NCBI GenBank assembly: GCA_964610735.1
Contig: CAZSYH010000003.1
Span: forward strand, 8,083-72,082
DNA length: 64,000 bases
Direction: 5' to 3'
From: an uncultured Syntrophaceae bacterium
GTDB lineage: Bacteria > Desulfobacterota > Syntrophia > Syntrophales > UBA2210
Of this stretch, positions 55,880 through 64,000 are shown piece by piece (within the stretch, counting starts at the first letter, position 1; the number at the start of each line of letters is the position of its first letter). Made by a program: the position numbers and the translations under genes. The notes beneath the pieces were generated by a model. It saw only the letters and a program-made list of their open reading frames with translations. It was not told where the DNA came from and made no database searches.

Positions 55880-56941
55880 TTATGTTTGTTTAATCCTCCG
55901 ATAGATCCATCCATTCAAGTAGAAAAACCGTGCTGTCCATCCACCGAGGCGGATGATCTTTTTAGCTATCCCGTGGACTGTCTCTTGCCGGCTCACTTTT
56001 TTGTCTGAAAGGTAGATGGCAAATAATCCACGGTTAACCATCCAATGAAATTTCGGATTGGGCAATCCGGAGATGTTTATGTCTGCCTGATTAAAAAAAT
56101 GTGTCAACCGTCTCAGTAACTCTTCCTCATCCTTGTAATAAGAACAAAAATTCAGGTCCCCCTCAATGAGATCTTCTTCCTGATCGATAAAGTAATCCAG
56201 AAGGATATGGAACCCCTGAACCCATGGAAAATAAGCCTCTTTTATGCGAGACACCAGATTATCAGAACACTGCTCATGGAGCGCGCAGGCAACCAGACAG
56301 AAGATACCAAGAGTTGAACCACAACATGCCGAAAATTCATACCATCTCATTTCCGGCAGGTCATCCCGGTGTGCCTCAAAGCACGCCTTCAAACGAGGGA
56401 CGCGATCTTCCTCTTTCACATGCTTATTCACCTGTAGGTCACAATAATAACCCGCCAATTCATAGAGTGCTGGAGAGACTTTATCATATGCGGGCAGTTT
56501 TTCTAATACATCCTGACATGTCGTCACGAGCGATACCAGATATCCTCCATCATCCTGCTTGTCCCTGAATCGATAATAATCGGTACACTTGGTCCCGGGC
56601 GTTAACGCGTGAAGCATCGACTCATGAAGCGCGCGAAAATCGGCGGGGTCTGAAGACGTACTGCGATCACACAGGTTATCGAGATAATCGCTGATAGTCT
56701 GATACGCGACAATAAAACGGATGGCCTCTTCGCGTTTTTCACCTGCCAGCAATCCATAGGCAGATCCACCCTCACAATGAAAAGTTTTTGTTCTTATGCT
56801 CATCAACGCCTGTCTCCGAAATTCCGGATCCGGAATCTGCTGCGCAAGGGTTTTCCACTTATTCAAACAGCGATGAGTATCGGGAAGCACGTTGAACCAG
56901 GCTTTTGCCATCATGGTCCATGAAGAGACCGGAATTGTCAC
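55880..56941 (-). CDS. DUF2600 / tetraprenyl-beta-curcumene synthase (YtpB)-like protein
   Basis: 353 aa. ...KTFHCEGGSAYGLLAG..., ...FIVAYQTISDYLDNLCDRS..., ...YYCDLQVNKHV..., ...WYEFSACCGSTLGIFCLVA..., ...HILLDYFIDQEEDLIEGDLNFCSYY... match my recollection of Bacillus YtpB-family motifs. No search was run. Confidence 0.65.
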   Translation of the reverse strand: MTIPVSSWTMMAKAWFNVLPDTHRCLNKWKTLAQQIPDPEFRRQALMSIRTKTFHCEGGSAYGLLAGEKREEAIRFIVAYQTISDYLDNLCDRSTSSDPADFRALHESMLHALTPGTKCTDYYRFRDKQDDGGYLVSLVTTCQDVLEKLPAYDKVSPALYELAGYYCDLQVNKHVKEEDRVPRLKACFEAHRDDLPEMRWYEFSACCGSTLGIFCLVACALHEQCSDNLVSRIKEAYFPWVQGFHILLDYFIDQEEDLIEGDLNFCSYYKDEEELLRRLTHFFNQADINISGLPNPKFHWMVNRGLFAIYLSDKKVSRQETVHGIAKKIIRLGGWTARFFYLNGWIYRRIKQT

Positions 56942-57193
56942 TGGTGTAAACCCCTTTCGCTTTCAGTTTATCTCCATTTTTATAAAAAGCAACAAAATAA
57001 GGGAATTTGTCAGAAACAAGTGCTGTCAACAAATAAAACCGTCCGGTTTATAATGGGTCACCAAGAGGTACCCAATTCTTCTACATAAAAATAAATGGCT
57101 TTTCGTTTCACTTTCTGCTAAAAGGCACCTCCCCGGTTTTGACCAGATCAAGCCGGGGTTTATATTATTTAAATGGAGACTTAAACAACAAAT

Positions 57194-59005
57194 ATGCAAA
57201 AAGACCATATCAGAAATATCGCAATCATTGCCCACGTCGATCACGGAAAGACGACTCTTCTCGACGGAATGCTCAATCAGAGTGGTACTTTCAGAAAAAA
57301 CCAACTGGTAGTGGAACGCGTCATGGATTCTATGGATCTCGAACGGGAGCGGGGCATCACGATCACGGCGAAAAACACTGCTCTCTGGTACAAAGATGTC
57401 AAGATCAATATTGTTGACACACCCGGCCATGCTGATTTCGGTGGAGAAGTGGAAAGGAGCCTTAATCTGGTCGACGGGGCGCTCCTGCTCGTTGATGCCA
57501 GTGAAGGCCCACTGCCTCAGACCCGTTTTGTTGTCAAGAAGGCGCTTGCCAAACATCTGCCCATTATCGTGGTCATCAACAAGATCGACCGCAGCGATTC
57601 CAGGATAGCAGAGGTCATCAATGACGTGTACGATCTTTTTATAGATCTTGATGCTACTGAAGAGCAGATAGAGTTTCCCATACTTTACACCAATGCCAAA
57701 ACGGGAGTTGCCCACAGAAAACCGGAGGATGCCTCTGTCGATTTACAGCCGTTGTTCGATACAATTATCTCTCATGTTCCAGCACCACAGGCGGATGATG
57801 ACGCAGGTCCGCAGTTTCTGGTAACAAATCTCGACTACGATCCGTATGTCGGACAGATTGCCCTTGGCCGATTGACGAACGGCATCCTGGAGATGAACGC
57901 GAGTTATTCCCTGTGCGGAGTGGAAAAAGTTACACCGGGAGTAAAATTTTCGGCCCTTTATACCTTTGAAGGGTTAAGAAGACTACCGGTTGAAAGAGTG
58001 GAATCGGGAGATATTATCGCTGTTGCCGGCGTTGATAATGTGGTAATCGGCGACACGATATCCTCCCTTGAACAGCCAGTACCGCTTCCCCGCATCTATA
58101 TTGATGAGCCTACGGTCTCAATGAATTTTTATGTCAACAACGGCCCCATGGCCGGAACTGAAGGCAAGTACCTGACGTCCCGGCACCTGAAAGACCGTCT
58201 GGAAAAAGAAACCCTGCGGAATGTTGCCTTGAAGATCAAGCCCCTTTTACGAAACGACATATTTGAGGTCTGTGGCCGTGGGGAACTGCAGATGGCCATT
58301 CTCATCGAAACCATGCGCAGAGAAGGATACGAATTTATGGTATCTAAACCTCAGGTGATCACAAAAGAAGAGAAAGGTCAGGTTCTTGAACCTATCGAAC
58401 GTCTTTTGGTCGATATTCCGGAAGAGTTCATCGGTATCATCACGGAAACAATTTCCAAGCGGAAGGGACGCATGACAAACCTGATCAACAAAGGCAGTGG
58501 ACATACCAAACTTGAGTTTATCATACCGTCGCGTGGATTAATCGGTTTTAGGAACCACTTTCTAACCGAGACAAAAGGCGCCGGTGTTATGAATACGATA
58601 TTTGAAGGATATGGACCGTGGTTCGGCAAGATTCCTCAGCGGGCGAATGGAACGCTGGTTGCCGATAGAGCGGGAAGGGTTACACCTTACGCGTGCCTCG
58701 CCATGGAGGATCGGGGAGAGCTCCTGGTCGAAATTGGAACTGAAGTCTATACCGGCATGATTATCGGAGAGCGAAATAAGCCCGGTGACCTGAATGTAAA
58801 TATCATCAAGGAAAAACATCTGACGAACATGCGCAGTTCCACATCAGATGCCACTGTAAGCCTGCGCCCGCCGCGACGCCTGTCGCTGGATCAGTTCATA
58901 GAGTTCATTGCCGAAGACGAGCTGATCGAAGTTACCCCCCAAAGTATCCGACTGCGCAAGATGGAACTGGATAAGAGCAAACGACACTCCAAGTTGAAGG
59001 CTTAA
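57194..59005 (+). CDS. typA: Translational GTPase TypA/BipA
   Basis: 603 aa. IRNIAIIAHVDHGKTTL..., DTPGHADFGGEV, NKIDR. Confidence 0.95.
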   Translation: MQKDHIRNIAIIAHVDHGKTTLLDGMLNQSGTFRKNQLVVERVMDSMDLERERGITITAKNTALWYKDVKINIVDTPGHADFGGEVERSLNLVDGALLLVDASEGPLPQTRFVVKKALAKHLPIIVVINKIDRSDSRIAEVINDVYDLFIDLDATEEQIEFPILYTNAKTGVAHRKPEDASVDLQPLFDTIISHVPAPQADDDAGPQFLVTNLDYDPYVGQIALGRLTNGILEMNASYSLCGVEKVTPGVKFSALYTFEGLRRLPVERVESGDIIAVAGVDNVVIGDTISSLEQPVPLPRIYIDEPTVSMNFYVNNGPMAGTEGKYLTSRHLKDRLEKETLRNVALKIKPLLRNDIFEVCGRGELQMAILIETMRREGYEFMVSKPQVITKEEKGQVLEPIERLLVDIPEEFIGIITETISKRKGRMTNLINKGSGHTKLEFIIPSRGLIGFRNHFLTETKGAGVMNTIFEGYGPWFGKIPQRANGTLVADRAGRVTPYACLAMEDRGELLVEIGTEVYTGMIIGERNKPGDLNVNIIKEKHLTNMRSSTSDATVSLRPPRRLSLDQFIEFIAEDELIEVTPQSIRLRKMELDKSKRHSKLKA

Positions 59006-59091
59006 TCTTCGTTTCCTCCTTCCCCCTTGACAAAACTGACCATGGATGTCCCTGTATTTCCCTGGTGGTTTGTGAATGTTGATGCCGCAGA

Positions 59092-59117
59092 CGCGCAGAG
59101 AACTTAATTTCTGCGCG
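59092..59117. terminator. Hairpin between convergent typA and the oxidoreductase gene
   Basis: CGCGCAGA (59092-99) / TCTGCGCG (59110-17). No T-run on either side. Confidence 0.35.
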
Positions 59118-59145
59118 CCCGCAACATTTAAATGAACTATTCAGT

Positions 59146-60492
59146 CTATTTGCCTTTTAAAGGAATGACCGCCTTGCATGCAGCGTTCACAATCGGATAA
59201 ACGATTGGTGATGAGGTAAGCGCCGGGTGTGTGCCCATCTCGAACTTCACCATATCATCCGCTGTCATTTTATGCGCGATGCAGGCGCTAAGCACATTGA
59301 TCATCTCTCCAACCGGCTTGCCTCCGGATATTGATCCTCCGAGAAGGGTGCCGGTATCTTTGGCAAACGCGAGTTTTACCTTTGTGAGTGTGGAGTTGGG
59401 CATGCCTCCCGGATGGGTATCGGGTGCCTCCGCCGTTCCTATTACAATCTGAATGCCTCTTCCCTTTGCGACCCTTTCAGTCATTCCCGCGACACCAAAT
59501 GCCCTGCCATTTATAACTGTGGAGAACACGCTTATGGCCCCATGATTATGGTGGGTTGGCGAAAACAGATTTGCCCCGGCTATTCTCGCCTCCGAAGTGG
59601 CTACCGACGCGAGCATTATAGCGCTTGGCCTTCCGTCGAAGAAGGATACCTTCCTGGCGCAGTCGCCACAGGCGTAAACATCGGGGTCGGTGTAAGTCTG
59701 CATGTAGCGATCGACCTTTATAGTGTTATGAAAGCCCAACTCAAGTCCGGATTTCTTTGCAAGTTCAGTGTTGGGAACCGCGCCGATTCCAAGAATTACC
59801 ATATCCGCCTTGATTTCTTCGCCACTTGCCAGCTTCACGCCGGTTACACTGTCATCACCAAGTATGACCTCTACTCTCTCATTGACCAGTATCTTGACAC
59901 CCGCCTCTTCCAGTTTGACCTGTGCTTCATCGCAGAACTCGTTGTCCATTGCCATCTGGAGACAGTGGGGAAGCGCCTCCACTACGGTCACATTGATGTC
60001 TCTTCCCTTCCTGCATTCATCGGCAAACTCCATACCGATAAAACCGCCGCCGATTATCACGAGATCCTTTGCCTTGCTTAAGGCATCCATAACATCGGAC
60101 AGGTAGTCAAACTCTTTCTTCACGGGGAATACATTCTTCTTGTCAACCCCGGGAATGGGCGGCACAAGCGGGCCGGAACCTGTGGCGAACACCAGCTTGT
60201 CGTATTCTATGGTTTCTCCATCTGCGAGAGAAACTATCTTGTTCTTCCTATCCACATCTATGGCCTCTCCCTTTATGAGTTCTATCCCGTTATTTTCCAG
60301 TAGTCCGTCCGGGATGACGTTGTTTTCCGGGCCTCCTACCGTGCCGTAGATATAAGGAATTCCGCATGGAATAAGAATAGTGCCTTCCTTCCTGATGAGG
60401 ATCACCTTCTTTTCAGGATAGTGACGCCTGCAGCTTATACCGGCTGTAATTCCGGATAACCCTCCCAAAACAACTACATCAGCCTTCTTCAT
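59146..60492 (-). CDS. FAD-dependent pyridine nucleotide-disulfide oxidoreductase (NADH oxidase / CoA-disulfide reductase-like)
   Basis: 448 aa. N-terminal VVVLGGLSGITAG dinucleotide fold, a second LVIIGGGFIGMEFA fold, ...ACGDCA... Confidence 0.8.
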   Translation of the reverse strand: MKKADVVVLGGLSGITAGISCRRHYPEKKVILIRKEGTILIPCGIPYIYGTVGGPENNVIPDGLLENNGIELIKGEAIDVDRKNKIVSLADGETIEYDKLVFATGSGPLVPPIPGVDKKNVFPVKKEFDYLSDVMDALSKAKDLVIIGGGFIGMEFADECRKGRDINVTVVEALPHCLQMAMDNEFCDEAQVKLEEAGVKILVNERVEVILGDDSVTGVKLASGEEIKADMVILGIGAVPNTELAKKSGLELGFHNTIKVDRYMQTYTDPDVYACGDCARKVSFFDGRPSAIMLASVATSEARIAGANLFSPTHHNHGAISVFSTVINGRAFGVAGMTERVAKGRGIQIVIGTAEAPDTHPGGMPNSTLTKVKLAFAKDTGTLLGGSISGGKPVGEMINVLSACIAHKMTADDMVKFEMGTHPALTSSPIVYPIVNAACKAVIPLKGK

Positions 60493-60601
60493 TCTTGATT
60501 TTCCTCCTTCTATATTATTTTCTTGAATAATTTACTACATTTGTTACAGTTGGCGCATGGCTTATACAATATTTTTTTGTATGTATCATTGATATGTGAC
60601 A

Positions 60602-60615
60602 TTGATTTAAATCAA
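60602..60615. promoter_or_regulatory. Perfect FNR/CRP-type box TTGAT-N4-ATCAA
   Basis: TTGATTTAAATCAA, 24 nt upstream of the Crp/Fnr-family gene ATG (60639) and ~110 nt upstream of the divergent oxidoreductase start (60492). An extra TTGAT half-site lies at 60589-93. Confidence 0.6.
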
Positions 60616-60638
60616 TTTTCTGTACGAAAGGAAAACTT

Positions 60639-61316
60639 ATGGATACCATCGAGTTTCTCAGTTCTGTTCCTTTGACCAGTGGTCTGTCGAAAGAACAGCT
60701 TGAGACCCTGGCAGGTTTCACGCGCAAGAAGAAATACAGAGCGAAACAACTCATTGTAGCTGAAAATGACAAGATCAGCGAATTTTATATGATTGCACGG
60801 GGAAGGGTAAAGATGTTCAAAAATTCTGTTGACGGCAGGGAACAGACACTCCGTCTGTTTGCTCCGGGTGATCTGTTCGGAATGTGTGCAACTTCCTCAG
60901 ACTTTATATTCCCGGCAAATGCCATGGCCATTGAACAGAGCACGCTCCTTATCTTTCCCGCCGACGCGGTTGAGACATTAGGCCGTCAGGACCCTACGAT
61001 TCTCTTCAATATGATATCTGTCCTGTCCTGCATGCTCAAGGATTCCATGACCATGATCGAAACATTGTCACTGATGAAGATTCCTCAAAGGGTCGCCTCA
61101 TTTCTGCTCTTTTCAACCCTGAAAAAAGATTGTAGGAAGGGGGATGATATGGAACTGGCGGTTAATCAGAAAGAGATAGCCAAGATATTGGGGACAACCC
61201 CGGAGACACTGTCACGTATACTGAAAAAGATGGTGGCAGAGCATATAATAGATGTCAAGGGGAAACAGATAAGAGTGCTCGATTGCGAGAGCCTTGAGGA
61301 GCTTGCGGCAGGATAG
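60639..61316 (+). CDS. Crp/Fnr family transcriptional regulator
   Basis: 225 aa. N-terminal cNMP-binding-like beta-roll, C-terminal HTH ...NQKEIAKILGTTPETLSRILKKM... No N-terminal Cys cluster typical of O2-sensing FNR was seen. Confidence 0.85.
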   Translation: MDTIEFLSSVPLTSGLSKEQLETLAGFTRKKKYRAKQLIVAENDKISEFYMIARGRVKMFKNSVDGREQTLRLFAPGDLFGMCATSSDFIFPANAMAIEQSTLLIFPADAVETLGRQDPTILFNMISVLSCMLKDSMTMIETLSLMKIPQRVASFLLFSTLKKDCRKGDDMELAVNQKEIAKILGTTPETLSRILKKMVAEHIIDVKGKQIRVLDCESLEELAAG

Positions 61317-61516
61317 TGCCACACAAAATCCGGCGGGTTTGTCATTTTGTTTTCATTTTCAGCCATATTCTGGTATGAAGCCCTCTGTTGAAACCCTAAG
61401 AGGCTCCGGTGAGTTGGGAATGTATATGGTATGGTTTGTACCCGGCCATAGTTGAAGAGGGAAAGGACTGTCTTAAGAGTCTTGGAATATTAGAATAAAG
61501 GAGAATTTGTATTGTA

Positions 61517-62716
61517 ATGAAAGATGTTGTCATTGTATCCGCGTGTCGAACCGCGATAGGAAAATTTATGGGCAGTCTGAAGGACGTAACGGCAAGAGAT
61601 CTTGCTATAACTGCCGGGGGGGAAGCGGTTAAAAGGGCCGGTATTCCAGCAGAAATTATTGATGAGGTAGTTATGGGAGAGGTTTTTCCCGGAATGCAGG
61701 GTTCACTTCCAGCCAGGCAGGTGGGAATGAGAGTAGGTCTTCCTCACAGGAGCGCGGCTGTGTCTGTCAATCAAAACTGTGCGTCGGGAATGAGAGCGAT
61801 GGAGATAGCCTGTCATAATATCATGCTTGGCAAGACCGAAATCGGCCTCGTGATAGGAACTGAAAATATGACGGGTGCCCCCTATCTGATCCCCAAGGGA
61901 AGGATGGGTTATAGAATGGGACCTGGCAAGATAGAGGATCATATCATCTATGATGGTCTGGTCGATGAACTTGTCCCGGGACATATGGGAATAACGGCAG
62001 AGAATATAGCCGAGAGATACGGTATTACCCGTGAAGAATGCGACAAGCTCGCCCTTATCAGTCACCAGAGGGCTACCAGGGCCGTCAAGGATGGCACATT
62101 CAAGCGCGAGATAGTCCCGGTGGAAATCAGGTCAAAGAAGGGTGTTAAAATATTCGATACCGACGAGCATATGATACCCGACGCCAGTCTTGAGTCCATG
62201 GCAAAGCTGTCACCCGCATTCAAGAAGGATGGAGTAGTGACAGCAGCCAACGCCTCAGGGATCAATGACGCTGCCGCGGCGGTGATTATCATGTCTAAGA
62301 ATAAGGCCGATGAAATGGGGATAAAACCCCTTATGAAACTGATAAATATCTGTAGCGAGGGTGTTGATCCCAAGGTCATGGGGCTGGGGCCGGCAGTCGC
62401 CATTCCAAAGTGTCTCAAACAGGCCGGCATGAAATATGAGGATGTGGATTACTGGGAAATCAATGAGGCCTTTGCCGCGCAGTTCCTTGGCGTGGGCAGG
62501 ATGTTGAAAGATGATTCTGGAATCGATCTCAGCCTGGACAATGTCAACCTCAACGGTTCCGGAATAGCGCTGGGACACCCGGTTGGGTGCACCGGACTTC
62601 GCATAATAGTATCTCTCTATTATCAGCTGGAAAAAATGAACAAAACCATTGGCGGGGCATCCCTGTGCGTTGGGGGCGGACCTGCCATGGCATCTCTGTG
62701 GACAATAGATGTATAG
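61517..62716 (+). CDS. Acetyl-CoA C-acetyltransferase (thiolase)
   Basis: 399 aa. MKDVVIVSACRTAIGKF..., VNQNCASG, NEAFA, GHPVGCTG. Confidence 0.9.
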   Translation: MKDVVIVSACRTAIGKFMGSLKDVTARDLAITAGGEAVKRAGIPAEIIDEVVMGEVFPGMQGSLPARQVGMRVGLPHRSAAVSVNQNCASGMRAMEIACHNIMLGKTEIGLVIGTENMTGAPYLIPKGRMGYRMGPGKIEDHIIYDGLVDELVPGHMGITAENIAERYGITREECDKLALISHQRATRAVKDGTFKREIVPVEIRSKKGVKIFDTDEHMIPDASLESMAKLSPAFKKDGVVTAANASGINDAAAAVIIMSKNKADEMGIKPLMKLINICSEGVDPKVMGLGPAVAIPKCLKQAGMKYEDVDYWEINEAFAAQFLGVGRMLKDDSGIDLSLDNVNLNGSGIALGHPVGCTGLRIIVSLYYQLEKMNKTIGGASLCVGGGPAMASLWTIDV

Positions 62717-62732
62717 AAAAAGATTCATGGTT

Positions 62733-62825
62733 GTCATTGCGAGGAGCAAAGCAACAGTAACAATTTATCGCTGAGGTTCAAGATCTGAGTCTCGCCGTTT
62801 ACCGTTCACAACGACGAATGCAAAC
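62733..62825. repeat. Degenerate member of the GTCATT-N-CGA element family
   Basis: GTCATTGCGAGGAGCAAAGCAAC... on the left, with a degenerate inverted end ...ACGACGAATGCAAAC on the right (reverse complement GTTTGCATTCGTCGT). Confidence 0.4.
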
Positions 62826-62842
62826 AAAGGGATTAGAAAATT

Positions 62843-63688
62843 ATGGTTGAAAATAACTTTAGCAGGTTTCGGGGTGCCAACAGGTACATTCTTGATGACG
62901 AACTTGCCGAGATTGTTAATGTCTCAATGGCCCTGGAGATGCCTCTTCTTCTCAAGGGTGAACCGGGAACGGGCAAGACCATGCTGGCTTACGCCATCGC
63001 GGAGAGCCTTGGCATGCCCCTGATCGTCCTGAATGTAAAATCAAGCATGAAACTGGTGGACGCTCTGTATCAATACGACACACTGACGCGCCTTAACGAC
63101 AGTCGCTTCGGTGATTCCAGTAAGGATGTCAGTAATATCGAAGAGTATATAAAGATGGGGAAGATCGGGCAGGCGTTTGTCGCGGACACAAGAACGGTAC
63201 TGCTGATTGACGAAATTGACAAGGCCGACACGGATTTTCAGGATGACATGCTGGATGTCCTGGATCAGATGGAATTCGATATTATTGAGATAGACAAGAC
63301 CATCTCCGCGAAGAACCGTCCCGTTATCATCATCACCTCAAACGCCAAGAAGGACCTCTCCGACCCCTTCCTCGGACGCTGCAATTTTCATCATATTGCC
63401 TTCCCGGACGCGGATACCATGCGCATGATTATCGGCGTCCACTTCCCCGATCTGGGAAAGGAGACAACCGATGCCTGCATCAAGACCTTTTATGGTCTGA
63501 GAAAACTGGATGGCATAGAGAAAAAACCCGCCACGAGAGAACTCATAAACTGGATACGGGCGCTGAAGGCCGATCCTGATTTCAAGCTGTCGCTTCTTGA
63601 CCGGGGTGATGTTCCCTATCTGGGCGTTCTTTACAAGAAAAGCCCGGACCTTAAAATAGCAAACGGAGCGATTGCCCGGCATCGTTGA
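62843..63688 (+). CDS. MoxR/CoxD-like AAA+ ATPase
   Basis: 281 aa. Walker A LLLKGEPGTGKTMLA, Walker B VLLIDEIDKAD. Confidence 0.85.
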   Translation: MVENNFSRFRGANRYILDDELAEIVNVSMALEMPLLLKGEPGTGKTMLAYAIAESLGMPLIVLNVKSSMKLVDALYQYDTLTRLNDSRFGDSSKDVSNIEEYIKMGKIGQAFVADTRTVLLIDEIDKADTDFQDDMLDVLDQMEFDIIEIDKTISAKNRPVIIITSNAKKDLSDPFLGRCNFHHIAFPDADTMRMIIGVHFPDLGKETTDACIKTFYGLRKLDGIEKKPATRELINWIRALKADPDFKLSLLDRGDVPYLGVLYKKSPDLKIANGAIARHR

Positions 63689-63715
63689 TGGCGTAGATTT
63701 ACAGGAGGGGACATC

Positions 63716-64000
63716 TTGTTTGTCAGTTTTTTTTATAGCCTGAGGGAACGGGGGGTCCCGGTAACCCCCACGTCTTTTCTCAGGCTGCAGCGAGCCCTTT
63801 GTACCGGTCTCATTTGTTCCCTGAATAGCTTCTACGTCGTTGCACGCGCTATATTAGTCAAGAGTGAGCGATATTTTGATGTATATGATCAAGTGTTCGC
63901 GCACAACTTCAAGGGTGTGGAATTGCCCGATCCCGACGAGATAGAACTGAGCGAGATGGCAAAGTTGCTCCTGGAAGAATGGTTGAAAAATCCGGCCGCT
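63716..64000 (+). CDS. VWA-domain CoxE-like protein, N-terminal 95 codons (runs off the right edge)
   Basis: TTG 63716 with AGGAGGGG 5 nt upstream. MFVSFFYSLRERGVPVTPTSFLRLQRAL...ARAILVKSERYFDVYDQVFAHNFKG resembles the N-terminus of CoxE/VWA partners of MoxR ATPases as I recall them. Confidence 0.65.
   Translation, partial: MFVSFFYSLRERGVPVTPTSFLRLQRALCTGLICSLNSFYVVARAILVKSERYFDVYDQVFAHNFKGVELPDPDEIELSEMAKLLLEEWLKNPAA

Noticed and set aside
57026-57715. 229-aa minus-strand ORF overlapping the typA 5' end
   Set aside because: It is antisense to the GTP-binding domain of TypA. It extends across the typA promoter and leader and has no independent signals.

Overview
Dense 64-kb chromosomal segment with about 60 protein genes. 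No rRNA, tRNA, CRISPR array, transposase, integrase, phage or recognisable defence genes were seen. By gene content it looks like a syntrophic fatty/aromatic-acid-oxidising Deltaproteobacterium/Desulfobacterota (Syntrophus-like). This is an inference: from memory, the acs-etfB-etfA-membrane FeS oxidoreductase arrangement matches the one described for Syntrophus aciditrophicus, and I cannot verify that here.

Left third:
- hflX (runs off the left edge) and an outer-membrane porin.
- An energy-metabolism supercluster: AMP-forming acetyl-CoA synthetase, EtfBA, a membrane-anchored HdrD-like FeS oxidoreductase, an acyl-CoA ligase and a flavodoxin-like protein.
- An AT-richer islet with an orphan multi-TM protein.
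- A + strand beta-oxidation operon: acyl-CoA dehydrogenase, hbd, crt, glutaconate-type CoA-transferase B and A.
- A divergent FabD-like acyltransferase and gpmI.
- A second, minus-strand beta-oxidation operon: ligase, thiolase, hbd, a collapsed crotonase relic, bcd.

Rest of the window (housekeeping): folD, Na/Pi-PhoU transporter, groESL, mtnA-gatBAC, tatBC, PBP1A, ilvBN, ubiE, aspartokinase, rimO, ftsK, uppP, ssb, tatA, rodZ, suhB, fis-like, moaC, a YtpB/DUF2600-like terpenoid synthase homologue, typA, a pyridine-nucleotide-disulfide oxidoreductase, Crp/Fnr, a second thiolase, and a MoxR-AAA/VWA pair.

I found no obvious novel multi-gene system. The most noteworthy non-gene signals are:
1. 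An unannotated 27-codon Val/Leu-rich leader ORF with terminator/antiterminator upstream of ilvBN.
2. A 16-nt palindrome (TCCCGAYAARTCGGGA) recurring at four intergenic sites.
3. At least three other REP/MITE-like repeat families.
4. Three gene relics: an internally deleted crotonase, an alpha/beta-hydrolase C-terminus, and a start-less 104-codon frame.
5. A perfect FNR/CRP box.

All coordinates, counts and pairings were worked out by eye from the sequence. No database search was run.
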